Shown here: in pieces, positions 50,088 through 61,929 of the stretch
Layout of the letters: each line of letters opens with the position of its first letter
How positions within the stretch are numbered: position 1 is the first letter of the stretch
Origin: Pavona decussata
Lineage: Eukaryota
Direction of reading: 5' to 3'
DNA length: 64,000 nucleotides
Assembly: GCA_977016875.1 (NCBI GenBank)
Contig: CDRNST010000117.1
Location: 868,001-932,000 of the forward strand
Translations under genes and position numbers: made by a program
The notes under the pieces: generated by a model
What the model saw: only the letters and a program-made list of their open reading frames with translations
Database searches by the model: none
What the model was told of the DNA's origin: nothing

Positions 50088-50612
50088 AGGCCTTATTACG
50101 GTTTTCGACGCCATTTTGAAGAGTAGGCAAACAGGCTTGAAATAACAGTGTTTGTATGGAAATCCGATGTCTAATAATTTTCATAAAACATCGCTTCTGA
50201 AAAATTCATGAATTGGAAACTTTTGGATTAGGAAAAGGATTTTAAGAAAAAAATTGGAGGGATGTAGCTGTGCCAGAAAGCGTCTAGTCGTGTTTTGAAC
50301 TTTCTATACATTTCCCTGTATTTTTTTCTCGCAAACTATTTTTAGTGGCTGTTCACGGCTGGTTCTCTTTACAGACAAATGTATGGAAAGTTCAAAACAC
50401 GACTGGACGCTTTCTGGCACAGCTACATCCCTCCAATTTTTTTCCCTAAAATCCTTTTCCTAGTGCTAAAAGTTTCCAATTCATGAATTTTTCAGAAGCG
50501 ATGTTTTATGAAAGTAATCAGTTGACATCTGATTTCCATACAAACACTGTAAGTTATTTCGAGCCTGTTTGCCTACTCGTCAAAATGGCGTCGAAAACCG
50601 TGATAAGGCCTA
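50087..50612. mobile_element. Fold-back MITE with ~225-bp inverted arms
   Basis: taggccttattacggttttcgacgccattttg ... caaaatggcgtcgaaaaccgtgataaggccta. Confidence 0.88.
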
Positions 50613-50748
50613 TAGAGTTTGTGCACGACGGCCATGCTGGAGGACCGAAACAATACAATGATTTTCCTTTGGGAAATATATTCTATTTTTATGCAAATAT
50701 CTTCTATTGTTTTAGTCCTCCAACATGGCCCCTGTGCACACACTCTAT
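50612..50748. mobile_element. Short MITE
   Basis: atagagtttgtgcac...ggccatgctggagga / tcctccaacatggcc...gtgcacacactctat. Confidence 0.75.
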
Positions 50749-51680
50749 TCTTAAATGTTTAACGGTGTGCATATGTTGTCAGCGGTGCTGCTTTTAATTA
50801 CGAGGCTTTTGTTTCGTTAGCCTGTGAACAGGCGACAAAAGCTCGACAGGCCATACACAAGTTTCTCTAACTTGACACGTGATACCTGTTTACTGACAGA
50901 AATATCCAAATAAGGTCTGAAAAAGTGGAAATGCATGCTTCTTAATTTGTTGTGTTTTCATTCAAAATAGGAAAATGAAAACTCATCAGGCACAAATGAC
51001 CTGTGATGTTGAACACACGATGGTTAAGTCCAAAGCTCTATCAAATCCTCCAAACCCGCTACAAATACTCGGGAGAAGCGCAGAGCCTTAAAAACCAATT
51101 TAGCTCTGAAAAAACATACTCGCGAGAGCTAGATTAAGCTGTAGATTTATAAAGTTCTAAAACACGCGCCAGGGAGTCGCGTAGGCTTAACAGTCTTTAT
51201 TTACACGCCAAATTCTGAACCGCGGGAAGCCCAAATGACAAAATCATTATTTTCATAAGAAAACTCGTACTGGCTTTTGCCTCGAAAGATTTTCCAAAAT
51301 AGTTATTTGGAATTCACACTAAAGGAAAATTTTTTCAGTCAATTAGTCGATTTTCTTGTGATTTCGGAGCAATATAGCTACAAGAAAAAGCTCAGCTAAC
51401 TTAAACTCACAGCTGCAGCTGCAGCTGCCCCCTCTGCCCCCCGCTATGTACGGCTCAGGCCGTCTGCCACGGGTTATTTGGTCTCTCTAGCACCAAATTA
51501 AACTTTGGCCATATTCATATTCATATTCATAAATAATCAATTTCTTTCATGACTTAGTGCATATAATAATTGCTCACACCCTAAATTCGATCGACAGTAA
51601 AACTCTTTCCTAGTGTTCGCTACGTCTTGCAAAAGGACAGATCGTTGTTGAAAAGATATTTCTTCTTTCGTGAAAACAGC

Positions 51681-54600
51681 ATGATGTCAAACGGTGTGAG
51701 TCTACTGTTAGTGGTGCTGCTGCTACTTCACAATAGAATGTTGTACAAGGCAGCTGGCTCGCTTGCTTCAAACTTAGAGTCGATGTCAACCTTCGTTGAG
51801 AGACATGAAGGTGAGTATGTCAACAGAAATAAAAATAAGGAGCTGTGCAAGTGATCACGGACGATTTCAATTCAAAAGGCAAAATTATACACACGCTTTC
51901 TGCACTGCCTTTATAGAAAAAAGGTAAGTTAGATTTATTGGTCTGGGAAAAGGAAATTGAACATGCTAGGTAGACCTTTAAACTAGGTTAATGTGACAAA
52001 CATCCTGCTTACTCCTAGCATCTGAATGTCGATAAGTGGTAAATGAGAAAGAAATGAGATGTTATGTTATTAGCTTGATGAATAAATAATACCTACAAGT
52101 AACACAGGAATACTCGAAAAAAGAAAGAAAAGTTATGTTCAGAATACAGTTTCGAATATTCAGGCGTTCTGCAGACGTGTCGTTTAGTTTTGTATAGGTT
52201 TTTTTTTCTTCAATAGGTACCTCGGGCTACCGCTCAAATAAGCAATGTTTTGATCTCAGTTCAATCATTAATTTTTATTCATTATTTTCTATTTGTTTGA
52301 TCATTTCCAGGATACTCTCTGTTGGGTCATGTGATTGGTTATTGTGCGGAAAGTGAAATAGAATGCGGATTACAATGTTTGAGAAATGACAGTTGCAAGT
52401 CATACAACTGCCTGACCACTAATGGTCAAAAAACGCAAGCGTGTCACTTGAGTGGACAAACAAGAAAGTCCAAACCGGAAAACTATAAGGAAAACAAACG
52501 ATGGATTTACTTTGAGCTGATACAGGTACGTATGATCAGACGATTGCTGTCGGTTACTGAGGGGATGAGGAAATAAAAGAAGACGAGAACGTCTAAAACA
52601 AAGAGCAAGGACATGAATGAATGAAAAACAGAAAGCAAGAACATGTGTGTTCATGCAATTGCAACTTTATAGTGCGACTACTATTACCATCATCATCATT
52701 TATTTTGCTTTCTGAAGCTAATGACAATTTTGCAAATAGTACTGTTTAAATAGAAGAAAAAATTAACATTTTAATTGCAATGTATTATTAGAGCCTGAGG
52801 ACTAAGTTAACTGGAAAGTTTTCTAGTTAGCCCCCAGCTTTTAGTTTCGACTTTTAATACAGGTGAAAAGAATATGCTACGGGGTTTCAATTGTTGTTTT
52901 CCTACCACTCGTGATTGGTTCAATCGGCTTTGGTTGAAATTCATTGTTCTTGTCCTGTAATCTGATCGGTCAGTTTTGTTTAAGTGACCCGGGAACAGTA
53001 GTCGCACTGTAATTTATTTTGTTGTACTTTACAAACTGTCTGAGGACGTTGGTGGTTCCAGTCTGTTGCCCTTTCGATTACATTGTATGCTTGGTAGATA
53101 CCTTTGCTCCATATTGCCTCTAACCAACACGGTCCACCCAGGAAATAAAATGCCAGGGGGATTCAAACAAGCGCTTTGTGTATCCTAGGGCTTCAGATCC
53201 AGGATTATTCTTTATTTGTTTTTGTCGCCAGGTGTAATTCGTTACAATACAATGCAATGCAATACAATACGATACAACACAGTTCCATACAGTACAGTAC
53301 AGTACAGTACAGTCCAGTACAGTACAGTACGGTACGGCACAGTTACAGTTACAGTTACAGTACAGTACAGTACAGTACAGTACAGTACAGTACAGTACAG
53401 TACAGTACAGTACAGTACAGTACAGTACAGTACAGTACAATACAATACAATACATAATTTGTCTGTCTATCTATTTGCCTATCTGTATATATTAAATTAT
53501 TTTTCGCCTGCCTAAGGCAATCGCAGGCCCTGTGGCGGACACCCCAAACAGCTCTCTTCCGTTATTGTGGATTAAGTTCACTAGTAGACTCTGTTCTCCA
53601 TTACTGTCTTCACCATAGCCTTAGATGGCCGTCCCGAGTCCGTCTTACCATGAGTGGGTTCTCATAGGATGATTCTGTTGGTAGAGAGCTCTGGATGTCA
53701 ATGGCAGTGGCCTGCAAGGGCGAGGCGTCGAAAGTTCGTCATCCAGACGCTATACAATACCATACAATGTCACACAACGTTTCTTTATTGAACACCCTCT
53801 ACAGGGGATTTTCAGTTAAAATACACAACAGTGCAACTGAGGTTCTTGAGCAGCTTTTAAGACGAAGGCAAATTGGGCCGCTGGATGGTTTGAAGTTGAC
53901 TAATTCTATTTGTTTTCTTTATTCCATTCAGATTGTCAGCTCGAAATATATTTGTCAAAACGGTTGGAGCACAGTAGAAAGTCCCTGCATCTGTAACCTG
54001 GGATATAAGGGAATCAGTTGTCAAAAAAGTAAGTGTAAATAACACTCTGCACCCACTTCTCACTCTCCTTCACTCTGTTCTTGTTAACGTTTTAAGAAAC
54101 GTTTAACTAACTCACTCATTGAGCCATGAGACGCTTCTTGTATTGTATAATGTTCTAGATACATCTGAAATTCTATTTTAGTAACATTACACCATTGTGT
54201 AAAATTTCTCTTTTAACCTTAATTATAATTCAAAGACAGGTAAAACCTAAAAATGCCTTCAGAATGTGACTTCCTTGAAGTAGTTTGTGTTTTTCTGCTA
54301 CTTCCTAGAGAAACTTGGTTATTTTCATTCAAAGCCTGGAAATTCCTGCAAACACATCCGGGACTCTGGAGACTCCATTGGAAACGGGGAGTACTGGATC
54401 GACCCTGAGAAAAACGGAAAGCCACTAAAAGTCTACTGTGATATGACAACTGACGGAGGTAATGAAATATAACAGTATAGACCTCTTTCATAATGGTGGG
54501 CATAATTAGTATTCTTTTATGTGCATGCAAATACGCCTTCTTGACCTCGCTTTTGAGTGAAAATACTTTTGTTTTTACACATGCTAGCGAGGCCAGGAAG

Positions 54601-55654
54601 GCTAATTTAAATGCATACAAAAGAATAACAATTAAGCCCTCCATTTATGAAAGAGGTCTATTGTTTGTTTCTATGATAACGTTTTCCAAGAAAAAGACAC
54701 AAAATCGAAACAAAGACTATAGCAATTATTTTATACTGAAAACTGACTCATACTGAGTATTCCTCCACAAACATGTTGTAATTTCTCCTTTGAGATGATG
54801 CAAAACACTAAAATTCTCCAAGATTACTTTTCTAATATTTCCCACAGGTTATCAGATCCCTTCAGATACGGTTGCCTAGGGCGGGTCTCGTAATCTGAAG
54901 GCACCAGGTTCGATTTCCTTCTCTGACCATTAGTTGGATTTGTTTCAAGGTAGTCCCTACTTCAAATCTTGAGCCATGCTATGTTAATAACCAAATTGTT
55001 AACGTCAGTGTGACATTTGTAAGGAGTTTCTGTTCTGTTTGTTTAGCTTCTAGCTGTAAATCTAACGGTGTATAAATAAACTGGCTTTTTTCGTTGTCGT
55101 TTTAGGAGGCTGGCTTGTTGTTGTTGTCAATGGACGCAGTCGACGCTTACACTCCTCCTTCTGGCTGGACCGCTGAGCAGACTTACCGCGGGATCAGCAA
55201 CTATCACAACAACCGAATGGGTATCACTAAAAGCGCTATGAACCAGCTGAGAGCAAACTTGCCTTTTACTCAACTGAGGTTCCACTGCAGTAAACAAAAG
55301 CCGGGGCGTACCTTTCACGTGATCACGGTCCTCAACAGCACTGGTGAAGCTGTAGTCCAGTATTTCAGCGGCCAAACGGATGTGTTGCCAGCCTCGTGTG
55401 GATCGTTTCAGAGAATGGTCGACGATAACTCGATGTTGTCTGTAGAATATGGTCGGTGGGGAAATGACGGTTTGCACTATGTCGGAAAGTGGGGTCACTA
55501 TAATAAAAAGGGCCAATTGAGAATGTACGACCACGCAGCATTTGTGGCCCACAAGTATTACTGGGTTATTGATGGAAGCTATTGGCTCTGCGATGACGTG
55601 GGAAGTAATGCCATCGTATCCTTGGGAGATTTCTGGAAAATCTACGTACGCTGA
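51681..55654 (+). CDS. Secreted PAN/apple + EGF-like + fibrinogen-related protein, with an apparent +1 frameshift at the start of the last exon
   Basis: Exons: 51681-51810 (signal peptide), 52311-52525 (CGLQCL...CKSYN...CHL; PAN), 53932-54028 (CQNG...CICNLGYKGISC; EGF), 54309-54458 (SCKHI...GEYWIDP...VYCDMTTDG), 55106-55654 (GGW, then TQLRFHC...DFWKIYVR in a shifted frame). Confidence 0.8.
53243..53456. repeat. (TACAG)n/(TACAA)n pentanucleotide microsatellite
   Basis: Directly visible. Confidence 0.97.
53515..53748 (-). mobile_element. Degraded RTE-type LINE 3' fragment
   Basis: RRLALAGHCH*HPELSTNRIIL*EPTHG...GRP resembles the RTE ORF C-terminus and contains stops. Confidence 0.65.
54870..55000 (+). 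mobile_element. tRNA-derived SINE fragment
   Basis: B-box-like GGTTCGATTTCC followed by the SINE-like body ctctgaccattagttggatttgttt...ggtagtccc...ttcaaatc. Confidence 0.55.
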
Positions 55655-56285
55655 AAACGCGTACAGATTTCATCCACCTTGATTGCGCACAAACCTTTTT
55701 GGCTTTTCTATTTTAATCATCGTAACTTAGGACTTAAGAAGGGCATTTAGCTAAAGAAACTAGCTTATGGACGATTCCGATCCTCATGAAACGATTTTTT
55801 TTGTGGACTTATATGTTCACAGCTGAACTGAATACATACATGACTTCTAATGATACGTTACTGATATTAACTTATTATTAACTTATCGTGATGAGCAAGA
55901 TAGTTCAGTTCACTGTTATATATGGAGTTTGCTGCTACTGATTAGTTCAAGAGGAGCGTGAAGACATAAAATTAGACCTAAGGGCAAAAGTTTTCTTCAT
56001 TCTGATATTTCAATGTCATCAGAACTCCCCCTTCAGTTTATTTGCTTTTATACACGAGACCCTCGATCACGTGACTGCTAAATGTCGTGGAGGCACGCAC
56101 TCGCCATTTGCCCAAGTTTTCCGTAGAATTTCTCATCATTAATCTTTCCAGAGAAGAAATTTAGTTTTTCATTAGAATTGTCGGTGTTCGCTATCCGGTA
56201 TCTCGAGAAGAGACCAAACCGTGGCTTGATCTTCCCCTCAGAGTAAGGGAAACCAAGGTCACAGGATCCACCTCAGGATTGGGCC

Positions 56286-57523
56286 CAGGGACGGCGAAGC
56301 CGGGGGTGGGAAGGGGGGGGGGGGGCTGGGGGGCTTAACCCCCCCCACTTTTTGTGAGGACGACATTCTATTTAACAATTAGATTATGAGCTCGAGATTT
56401 CTATCGCGTGATAGCTGATGAGGGCGCAGCCCGAATCAGCTATCATGCATAGAAATCGAGAGCGAATAATCTAATTGTTTTAGTATAAATCTACTAGTCG
56501 TTCAAAACTAAACAAGTAAATTAATTATATCCTCATCGCAGACACTTCGAAAACGCGAGGAAGCGGCCGCCATTTTGTTGAAAACCGCTACTCACTATCT
56601 ATCACAGAATAGATAGCGAGTAGCGTAGCCAATCAGAGAACGGCATTCGTGATAGAACAGTAGTAGATTTATACTAATTTGTTTTAGTATCCGAGCACAG
56701 CTAGTGACTACTACTGGAGACTATACTTTAAAGCATTAGATTGCTCAAGATATGTTATAAAAAAGCGTTTCAACCAGCCAGCATTTCTTGTTTACAAGAA
56801 GCGCGACGAAGCGCGAGTGACGCGCGACGCGAAATCTTTGAATGTACACGAACGAGATTTAATTATTAGCCAAGTAGTATGAATCTGTAAGCTAGTACAC
56901 GTTAATTCTGCCACCAGTTCAACAGGAGAGCGTTCGTTTTCAACTACTAGATGAGTGGAAAACCTGGCTTCGTTCTCAAATCAAGCACATTTTACTCATT
57001 TGTCCATCCTAAACACTCACAAGACAAGACTGGATGGCATTTGCCTGGTACCGGCTGCCAATGCTTTTGTATAGCTCAATAGCAAAACTTGTAACAATAT
57101 GTTGTAAAACGCCATTTTATAGTTGTTATGAAATTTAGTTACTGTTATTGACAGTTATTGTTGTCATTCCAGAGTCATTTTTAAGCAAGGGATCGTATCT
57201 CGTAGCATTTTTGACTGAATAGTAAACTACTTCCGTTAACGTTAATTCGATTTATGCTCACAAGTTACTTGAGAAAAGACGTAAAATACATAAAAGTATT
57301 CACTAGTTGAAAATAGTGTTTGAATCGTACTTGCTTTATTTTGTGACGAGAATTTACAAAGCTACAACCTTATAGAAAAACTGTCGGAAACTTTTCGACA
57401 GAAAATATGTCATGGAGAATGTTGTTAATACCATTTCCGAACCTCTAGATTTCAAAATTTTCCGGGGGGATGACTCCAGACCCCATCCTCCCCCCCCAGT
57501 TGAAAATAGCCTCCACCGTCCCT
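56286..57523 (+). mobile_element. Non-autonomous hAT derivative carrying a nested hairpin element
   Basis: TIRs cagggacggcgaagcc / gcctccaccgtccctg. A frameshifted remnant ERSFST...KTWLRS...LSILNTHK lies at ~56925-57085. Confidence 0.72.
56371..56677. mobile_element. TTAACAA-initiated hairpin element
   Basis: ~110-bp palindrome centred on gggcgcagccc, then a tail bounded by ttagtataaat / atttatactaa. Confidence 0.75.
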
Positions 57524-57570
57524 GGATCCAGTACTCGCCGTATCCTTTGTAATCTCCAGATTCCCAGTTG
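57521..57570 (-). pseudogene. Fragment paralogous to exon 4 of the PAN-EGF-fibrinogen gene
   Basis: ESGDYKGYGEYWI versus DSGDSIGNGEYWI, with a nucleotide match including gagtactggatc. Cut by the hAT terminus. Confidence 0.6.
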
Positions 57571-58697
57571 TCGGTTTTCAAGAATAAGCAGACTGATGAG
57601 GACTCCAGCTAGATATAGCTACATTTTTTTAGATATCTGAGACATTCATTTTACACGTAGTACCCTGGAAATAGTCAAAAATTGCCCTAACTTCGTTATT
57701 AATTCCTCCGGTACGCTCCAGCATTGTCGATCCTTAGCTGAACTGTTGTACCTCGGCTAGACTTGGGATAAAGCTAACTATCAATTCACCAAAGTTTCGG
57801 ATCGCTTTTAACGTACTTGGTACACTTGTTTGTTGTTGTTTGTTTTAATGATACCAATAATCATAATAATAAAGATCTTTTAACGGGGGGGGGGGGGGGG
57901 GGACGGCATACAACAACGGGGATTTTTAGTAGAGTCTTTCATGAAATATATAGCAAAATTGAAGAAAACAACGAACAAAATTTACAAAAAGTTAAATGTT
58001 TGTACTTTAAGGCTGGTTTACACGTACGAAGCAAGCATAAGCACAAGGTTGTTTACACGTGCGATAAGCATAAGCACAAGGTGACACGCGCAGGCACAGT
58101 GAATTAAAATTTCGGCGCCGAAATTTTAAATCCAAGATGGCGAAGATTCACGCCGCCATTTTGAAAAAATAGTCAATTTTTTTTACATTTTTTTTTGTTT
58201 CTTTGTGTTTTTTTTGCTTGCGTTATCCCGGTTTACACGGGCGACGCAACGACGCAAACAACAACAAGCACCTTGCAGCAGTGCAGTAGCGGCTTATAAT
58301 ACCACAGGTACCCCAAGATTTATGAGAGATATAGGCCGTGACCTTTGCGTGAGTGTTATAATTTGAGCGTCACGGCGAGCATTGCGTAACGGCGAAATTA
58401 TAAGGATTTGAATGGGAAAAAGCAATTCCTACTTCAGTTTAAAAGTGCCAACGAGTTTTTAAATAAACTGGCTGAACTCCTTTGTCTGTTGTTTTTTTCT
58501 CCTATGTGGTTTTTGGAGCGATTTCTCGTGATTCCAGTGAGTTTAAAAAAAAAAAAACCTCACAAACAAAAACAAAATATGTTCTTTACCGCATTAATAC
58601 GGTATTATGATACTGGTGAGGCTTATAAACACGTGTTGTGTTTATTTTCAAATGTTTGATATAGCTAGGGTCCTGCGACATGATTTGGTACAGTGCA

Positions 58698-59047
58698 CTT
58701 AACAAATCGACGGCAGTTTTCTATGGTCTATACTCTTATAGACCATAAAATGACGTCAAAAAATGTTCAAAACTCAAGGGGAACCACGAGCCGCAGGCGA
58801 GTGGTTTCATTGCCAAGTTTTGGACATTTTATGGCGTCATTTTATGGTCTGTAAGAGTATAGACCATAGAAAACTGTCGTCGATTTGTTTTTTACAATAA
58901 CATGGAAAAATTACGAGCGGAATTGGCTATTTTTTTCGTTGAGAAAGCGCGCGCGTTACATCTGACGTCATTTTTATTGTCTGTACTCTCATAGACAATA
59001 GCTACGAGCCAATCAGCACGCGGAAATTTGGACATTTATTGTAAAAA
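58698..59047. mobile_element. TTAACAA-initiated hairpin element
   Basis: ~190-bp palindrome centred on gccgcaggc, then a tail bounded by tttttacaataa / ttattgtaaaaa. Confidence 0.8.
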
Positions 59048-60882
59048 ACACAATTCAACATTAATAAATCGGTTCTTTAGCTATGTGCAACACTTCCAAA
59101 AAAGACCTGTGCATGTATAAGGCTTTTGTCATTACTGAGAGTCCGTTAGGTATCTGAACCAGTATCTGCGCAAATACAGCCGCTTCTAGATCTCATCCTT
59201 TCCTGCCGCTTGGCGTACCTTTTCTTCGCGCAAACGCCTCTAAGGCCACCGGCCAACGCCGGATAATTTTCATTCAATTCAGTCTTTATACAAGGCAAAA
59301 CTGCACTCAACACGGCGCAGAAAGTTATCAAGACAAACCGACAGAAACTTGCAAAGAAAATTACCATTTTTGTTGGCCTTAGCTTTTGCCTACGAAGACA
59401 AATACGTGCATAAATGAGAAGTTATTCAGAAACGACAGAAACTATGTACAAAGACTATCCGGCTGATCCTAGCATGCAAAAAACGATACGACAGAGAGCC
59501 CAGGTCATAGTAATATTGTATTCTAAATTTTTTATGAGAGGACAACACACTAGAAAATCAAATATTACATTCTTAATTTTTTATGAGAGAGGACTTGGGA
59601 ACAAACAACATATTAATAGAAACTGTTAAATTCTCTTGGGACTGAAAGTTTCTACGACGCCCTCCCTGACCCTCTCTCAGCTAAATTATAAATTGTGGAT
59701 CTCATAGTTTTATATTCAAATCTTCTTCTAAACACATGTACATAGCAGATTGATTAGCAAAATGTGGATGCTTTTCCAGGCCTTTGTTACTCTTTTGTTT
59801 ATTTTCCGATCCAACATTCTGCTAACCGGAGCAAACCTCTGCAGGAGCAGTGTCTGGTGAGTAAAAACATGTTTAAAAATTCGTTTATAATATAACTTGT
59901 AACCGTGTTGGCCAATCTTGGTTTCTGAAGAGTATATATACCTTGAGGTGTGTTAAGTATAGCTCTGCTAAGTATGAAACTAACCCTTGAAATTGAATGA
60001 AATCTTACTGAATGTTGTAACAATTTACAGTACAGCTGTTTCATTTATAGGACAAAGAAGTGCTGAAAAATTAAGATGACATCTTTCTAAAAGATACTAT
60101 GTGCTGTTATTGTAACATTTTAAATTCTCGATCCGGTTATTGCCGCAAACCTTGTTTCGCCTGTGCTGTTATGCAATTTCATGGTTGACTCGATTTTTCG
60201 AGATACCTGCAAGAGTCCACAGAATAATTTTCTCGTCAAATGGTTTAATACTGCTAATTTTATTTTCCTTTTAATTTTAGACCGTGCTCTTCAAAATCAC
60301 GTGATTGGTACGACCTGGTCCTTGATGAGTTTGAGTGCCAGCTGTCATGTCTGTCAAATGAAACGTGTGAGTCATTTAACGTACACACCAATAGGCGGAA
60401 TCGTACTCGCATCTGTTAATTGAACAATGCCACACATCACATCAGATCATTTGTGTCATTTGAATCAGGAGTAACTCGTTAGGTTAGCTTTGGGCCATTT
60501 GTAAATTTTACTTCACAATTCTTAGTATCAATTTTAGTAGGTAATTTAATTAAGCTAGTTTTTAGCCGCATTTAATATTTGTTTCATTTTTTTTTTTTTG
60601 GAGAATATTCTTTGAATGGGAATTTAGTTTCCCCCAATTATTCTCCGGTCATGCGCTTTTTATAACTTTTAAAATTTCATTTTTTTTTTTTTTTATTGTA
60701 CATATACTAGCATGGCAAAGCATTATTAAACATTAAACATAAAACATTAAAGAATCCGGAAGATCTTAAATGGAAGGAAGGTTCATCATAGCTGTGAAGG
60801 TATAGCTTTTTATTTATTATTATTTTTGTTGATTCTAAACTGTATAATACGAAGCATAACAGCTTTAACATGCGTGTTCATA

Positions 60883-61190
60883 TTTAACAATTATTCCACG
60901 AGCGCGCGTTGGATATGATATGGTAAATAGCCAGCGAGGCACGTAGCGCCGAGTTGGCTATAAACATCTCATATCCAACAAGCGTGAGTGGAATAATTGT
61001 GTTACTAAAAACAATTAAGAAATATTGTTGGATCTTGCCGATTTCACTTTACAAGAACAACAAGAAGACAATTTTAACGGTCGCCATGATTTCTCCGGCA
61101 TTGTATAATGGCTTATATACCATGACCGTTAGGCCAATCAAATCCCTGGAATTGCATCAGGATTTTACCATGATCAAGTTTTTAACATAT
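60883..61190. mobile_element. TTAACAA-initiated hairpin element
   Basis: ~115-bp palindrome centred on ggcacgtagcgcc, followed by a CCAATCA tail. Confidence 0.75.
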
Positions 61191-61929
61191 GATCATATAT
61201 GGATTATCTATTTTAGAGTGGTTCACAACTGAGTAGACTAAAACCAAAGATCAAGTAGCATGGAACTGAGGTCAAAATAACAAGCATGTTTACGTAACTA
61301 AAGACACAGAGTGTTAGAATGTATCCAGGTCTTACTTGGTCAGAGGGGATAACTTTAAGCTGCTATCCAGCGGATAAAATGTATTCTCAGTTTTATACAT
61401 CATCAATTTCTTTCACTCCTATTGGATGAAACAATTTCTGGAGTGGACAAACGGTGAAATAAGGAAATTACGAGCAATATTGTGTTGCGTGTTTTAGGTG
61501 CTTCAACTAAACAGAACACTAGAAAAATCAGACAAGAGCCAACCTGATTATCTATTACCCCCGAAAGGATCAATAAGGCATTGGAAGGAACGAGAAAATT
61601 AATTTGTGTTACTTTCTACTTGTTGTAATTAAATCACTCGTTTTGTAAAATGCTTTACGAATACTTGTCTTTATTTCATTTAAAAGTGTACCTTCTTAAA
61701 TTGATATTTTCCACAATAACAATGGTTGAACAACTGACAGGAAAGAAAAAATGTCAAGTGAGTGAAATCTACAGTTCAAATAAGTGAAAGATGAATGAGA
61801 TGGTTCGTAACTGGCTTAAAAATGTGAGAGAAAAACAAACAGGAATTTACTTTAAACCGCGAGAAATGAAGAAAAAAATTGGGAATCGCAGTTCAATAAA
61901 GTGAAAATTGAACAAATGAGAACTCCAGT

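Noticed and set aside
53120-53515. YCTVL/YSTVQ repeat ORFs
   Set aside because: Translations of the (TACAG)n microsatellite.
57590-57625. Hammerhead core CTGATGAG
   Set aside because: No matching GAAA or stems downstream.
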